A DNA stretch of 36,236 bases from a virus (taxonomy: Duplodnaviria; Caudoviricetes), in IMG/VR virus record IMGVR_UViG_3300028588_000057, positions 1 to 36,236 of that record, one strand, 5' to 3'. The translations under genes were made by a program, and so were the position numbers. Below the pieces are notes generated by a model. The model saw only the letters and a list, made by a program, of their open reading frames with translations. It did no database searches and had not been told where the DNA came from. Each line of letters begins with the position of its first letter. Position 1 is the first letter of the stretch. This document shows, piece by piece, positions 33,153-36,236 of this stretch.

Positions 33153-34886
33153 TTATCGACTCAATGCTGGAGGTGCAATCATGCCAGCACCAAATGTGAA
33201 CTGCTTAGCTCGTGCCTTAGCTTCGTACTCAGCTGCGAACTGATTCCAGGATGCTGGATCCAATCCATTAACAACCTTACGCATTGGCACTCCCTTGGTC
33301 TGTACTTGAGCCGTGTACTTATCCAGCTCAGGAAGTCCAACAGCAGAGTAGTTACGAGTAGCTCGCATAGTATTGAACAGATACTTAGTCACATCTGCCA
33401 ATCCCTGTGCCCGCTCAGCTGAGGTGATAGCACCAGTACGCACATCCTCAGCAGATCTTTCAATATAACTACCTGGATTCCAGGGAATAGCTCCACCGGC
33501 CATCACGTCTGGCAGCACATACTTAGCAAGGAACTTGTTACCTTGCAGGATCTTAGCATCAGCTTTCATGCTATCTACTGGGGGCAATGCATACAGACCT
33601 TCAGTATCCCCGAACTTAAGATTCTGAGCTTCACTACGAACCACTGCATCCACCACAGTATTCATCAGCTTTTGCTTATCTGCTGGCTTCTTAGCCCCAT
33701 CAATCATGGCTCGAGCTTCCAAGCTAGACTTAGCAAGACCTGCATTTACCAGCATGTCAGGAGACATACCATTCACAATACCTTCGACAGCAGTGAACAG
33801 TGGCTCTTGAGTAGCAGGGACCTTGAAGCCAAATTGCTGTCGAGCGGCCAATGCTTCTACTGGGCCCCCATCAGTATATCGCATCTGAGTTCCACCGGAC
33901 ATAGTTAGCTCTTGACCGCGCTGCAGGACATAGCCAGTAGCCTCCTTATCCAGCTTCATGGCCAAGCCAAGTCCGTCCCAATTAACTGTAGGCCGCCCAA
34001 GCATCTGCGCCCCAGTATTATAGGTCTGAAGCAGCAAGTCATCACCCTTCTTCTTAGCTGCTCGCTCACCACGGTCTAGTTCACGCTGCTCACGCATCCA
34101 GCCACGCTGCTCTTGCATAGCTTCAAAGTTAGCAAGTTGCATCTGTTGACTAAAGGTACGCGCTGCCGCAGCTGCTTGCCGTTCCTGTTCTTGGGCAACC
34201 AGACTATACTGCTTAGTAGCAATGTCCAGTTGCTGAGAATCCATCTGAGCCATTGTCTGGATCATGTTGGTCTTAACCGTAGCCAGTTCCCGCTGTCGAG
34301 CATAGGCATCATCAATAGCAAGATTACGCTTAAGATCAGCTTGAGCTGCAACAGAGGCTTCAGACTCAACTTGAGCAATACTACGCTGAGTCTGAGCTAC
34401 AGTCTGAGTCGCTTGGTTAATACCTTGGAGCAGCTTAAAGCTAGTATCGACCTGAGCTGCCAGAGCCTGTTCCTTACCACGCTCTTCATCACCGTACAGC
34501 AGATCGTACATGAATCCCATAGGATTAGAGAGACTAGATCCCTGGGCAATCTGGGTATTCTTCTGCTGCTGGGCAATAAGCTGTTGGCTAGTACTACGGA
34601 TCATGTCAGCAAGCCCAGTCTGAATCTGACCTGGATCATTAACATCTGTGCCAGCAGCACGAGCAAAGGTACGAGCCCCTTCCTGAGCAGCCAATCGGCC
34701 TGCACCAGCTTGAGCTTCTATCTCCGAAGCCAGTACTCCACGCTGCTGTGCCAACTCAGTCTGAGCTTGGATTGCACTTCCTGCTTGGTCAAATGCAGAT
34801 GCCAGCGCCGGTCTGGTAACTTCCTCTTGCTTCTGAGCAAATCCACCCAGACCGGCTAGCAAATCAGTTAGTGATGGTGCGGCCAT
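33153..34886 (-). CDS. internal virion protein
   Basis: 577 aa, Ala/Gln-rich coiled-coil, upstream of the largest gene. Confidence 0.65.
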   Translation of the reverse strand: MAAPSLTDLLAGLGGFAQKQEEVTRPALASAFDQAGSAIQAQTELAQQRGVLASEIEAQAGAGRLAAQEGARTFARAAGTDVNDPGQIQTGLADMIRSTSQQLIAQQQKNTQIAQGSSLSNPMGFMYDLLYGDEERGKEQALAAQVDTSFKLLQGINQATQTVAQTQRSIAQVESEASVAAQADLKRNLAIDDAYARQRELATVKTNMIQTMAQMDSQQLDIATKQYSLVAQEQERQAAAAARTFSQQMQLANFEAMQEQRGWMREQRELDRGERAAKKKGDDLLLQTYNTGAQMLGRPTVNWDGLGLAMKLDKEATGYVLQRGQELTMSGGTQMRYTDGGPVEALAARQQFGFKVPATQEPLFTAVEGIVNGMSPDMLVNAGLAKSSLEARAMIDGAKKPADKQKLMNTVVDAVVRSEAQNLKFGDTEGLYALPPVDSMKADAKILQGNKFLAKYVLPDVMAGGAIPWNPGSYIERSAEDVRTGAITSAERAQGLADVTKYLFNTMRATRNYSAVGLPELDKYTAQVQTKGVPMRKVVNGLDPASWNQFAAEYEAKARAKQFTFGAGMIAPPALSR

Positions 34887-36168
34887 TGATACGCTCCTTC
34901 AAGCTAATTACGGAACCAACCAACCAGCAAAGTGGCTCACCCACGAACTTAGTAATCGTCCCGAGCGGATAGCGGAGATGATTAACCAGGCCACCGCTGG
35001 TAGTGAGAAGCATAGTGCGAGAGCGAGCCACTGGGAGGCTAAGAGCAATAGCGACTTTGCTGCCATTATCAATCTTCCGTGCAAGGGCTTTACCCCAAGA
35101 GTAGTAGCCAGCAATAGTGTTAGGACTCAGGCTAGCTAGATACTCAGACCCTGCCATGTACGCTTGAGCACTCAGCAGACCGCGCTTAATCAAAGCTGTG
35201 CAAACTACTGAGCTGCCCATAGATCCGAGCAAGCCACCAACCAATGGAGCAGCAGGACCAAAGACTGGAGCCAGCAATGCACTAGCACCCATACCGATAC
35301 CGCCCATGGCCAAGCTATCGCCAGTAGCGTTACCATTCAACAGACTCCACAGCATACCTGCTGGCCCACCAAGTCCTGCTCCACCAAGTGCCCCAGCAGC
35401 AGCCTCACCAGCAGCACCGGCTGTAGCAGAAGCGCCCAGACTAGCACCAGTCCCACCAATACCAGCATTAAGCAAGTCTCCGCCAAGCAAGCTAGCCAAG
35501 GATCCAGCTCCTGCACCAGCAGCACCAGTCACACCAGCACTAAGCAATGGGGCAGCACCAGCTCCGATACCAGCTCCAAAGAGTTGACCGAATGCAGGGA
35601 TAGCACCATTCAGGGCACCAGCAGCTCCACCACTAGCAAGAGTGGTACCAAGTACACCTAGCGGATCAGTGCTAGCATTAGCAGCAAAGAGCTGATCAGG
35701 AGTCGCACCGGAAATAGTATTAGCTGCCAGGGCATTAGCTCCAGTTCCGCCGGTCAAGCCAAGTGCCTCTGCTCCGTAGCCGAGTCCTCGTTCCAGCAGG
35801 GGCTTACCTACCATTGAGATAGCAAGAGGGGCCAACATTCCAGTGAGACCCTGACCTTGAATCTGTTGACTCTGAGTCGTGGTAGTAGGAGCAGTCCGAC
35901 TAGAGACTTCTCCAGCAGTACGGGCATACAAGTCATTAAGTTGCTGTTGCTCAGTGCTGCTATTATACAAGCCCGCACCACGAGCAGCTCCGGCAATTGA
36001 CTTAACGCCTTGACTGCCACTAAGCATCTGTTGAACCAAGCGGTCTACACCAGCTTGATCCATATTAGTCTGACTGGTCTGGGTAGTACTTTGATTCTTA
36101 TTCTGGAAACTGCCAATTAGCTGCGCCAGTCCTACAAGATTCTGCAATCCATTTGAAGCAGTAGCCAT
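34864..36168 (-). CDS. Gly/Ala-rich internal virion (pilot-like) protein with a distinct C-terminal domain
   Basis: Start moved to ATG 36168 (AGGAG RBS); long G/A/L-rich region followed by SSVVCTAL...GYYSWG. Confidence 0.65.
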   Translation of the reverse strand: MATASNGLQNLVGLAQLIGSFQNKNQSTTQTSQTNMDQAGVDRLVQQMLSGSQGVKSIAGAARGAGLYNSSTEQQQLNDLYARTAGEVSSRTAPTTTTQSQQIQGQGLTGMLAPLAISMVGKPLLERGLGYGAEALGLTGGTGANALAANTISGATPDQLFAANASTDPLGVLGTTLASGGAAGALNGAIPAFGQLFGAGIGAGAAPLLSAGVTGAAGAGAGSLASLLGGDLLNAGIGGTGASLGASATAGAAGEAAAGALGGAGLGGPAGMLWSLLNGNATGDSLAMGGIGMGASALLAPVFGPAAPLVGGLLGSMGSSVVCTALIKRGLLSAQAYMAGSEYLASLSPNTIAGYYSWGKALARKIDNGSKVAIALSLPVARSRTMLLTTSGGLVNHLRYPLGTITKFVGEPLCWLVGSVISLKERINGRTITN

Positions 36169-36169
36169 G

Positions 36170-36235
36170 TTATTTCTCCTCAAGGGCACGTTGTCTATGC
36201 CATTCTAACAGTTCTCGGTATTGAGCTTCAATTGA
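36170..36235 (-). CDS. 3' end of an upstream gene (partial; ...SIEAQYRELLEWHRQRALEEK)
   Basis: Open frame from the window edge to TAA at 36170, overlapping the RBS of the next gene; product unassignable. Confidence 0.45.
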   Translation of the reverse strand, partial: SIEAQYRELLEWHRQRALEEK

Positions 36236-36236
36236 G

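Noticed and set aside
34722-34752. Possible fourth PAS-like copy (CTCCGAAGC...CTCCACG)
   Set aside because: Lacks the GCGCAGGCT 3' half and has only a 3-bp stem; the similar partial match at 35772 was rejected for the same reason.

Overview
A 36 kb segment of a tailed dsDNA phage genome with podovirus-like organisation, probably infecting a proteobacterium (sigma70 promoters, GGAG/AAGGA ribosome-binding sites). No integrase, tRNA or CRISPR array is visible. Left end, minus strand: portal, large terminase and a probable small terminase. About 5.3-27.5 kb, plus strand: small early genes, a RecD-like helicase, a Cas4-like PD-(D/E)XK nuclease, a Sak4-like ATPase, an SSB-like protein, a family A DNA polymerase with a degenerate N-terminal UDG-like domain, a DUF3987-type ATPase, MazG-like and DUF5664-like nucleotide hydrolases, a DEDDh exonuclease, and a terminal cluster of immune-signal sponge genes (Acb2-like, Tad2-like and candidates). 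Right end, minus strand: a HExxH protein and large internal virion proteins. The notable signals outside the gene list are five. (1) A 34-35 nt hairpin motif, ATCCG[A/T]AGC-stem-GCGCAGGCT, hidden in three plus-strand genes, plus a related ~220 nt fold-back on the minus strand between terL and portal. These resemble phiX174-type primosome assembly sites and lie on opposite strands on either side of (2) a symmetric origin-like element at 6.7-7.1 kb, in a replication module with no recognisable primase. (3) A canonical type I hammerhead ribozyme overlapping a stop codon at 8.7 kb. (4) A C-terminal [IV]-[ST]-x-x-x-L tag shared by five proteins. (5) A promoter-gene cassette bracketed by 12-nt inverted repeats. 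All family assignments come from motifs recognised by eye and have not been confirmed by database searches.
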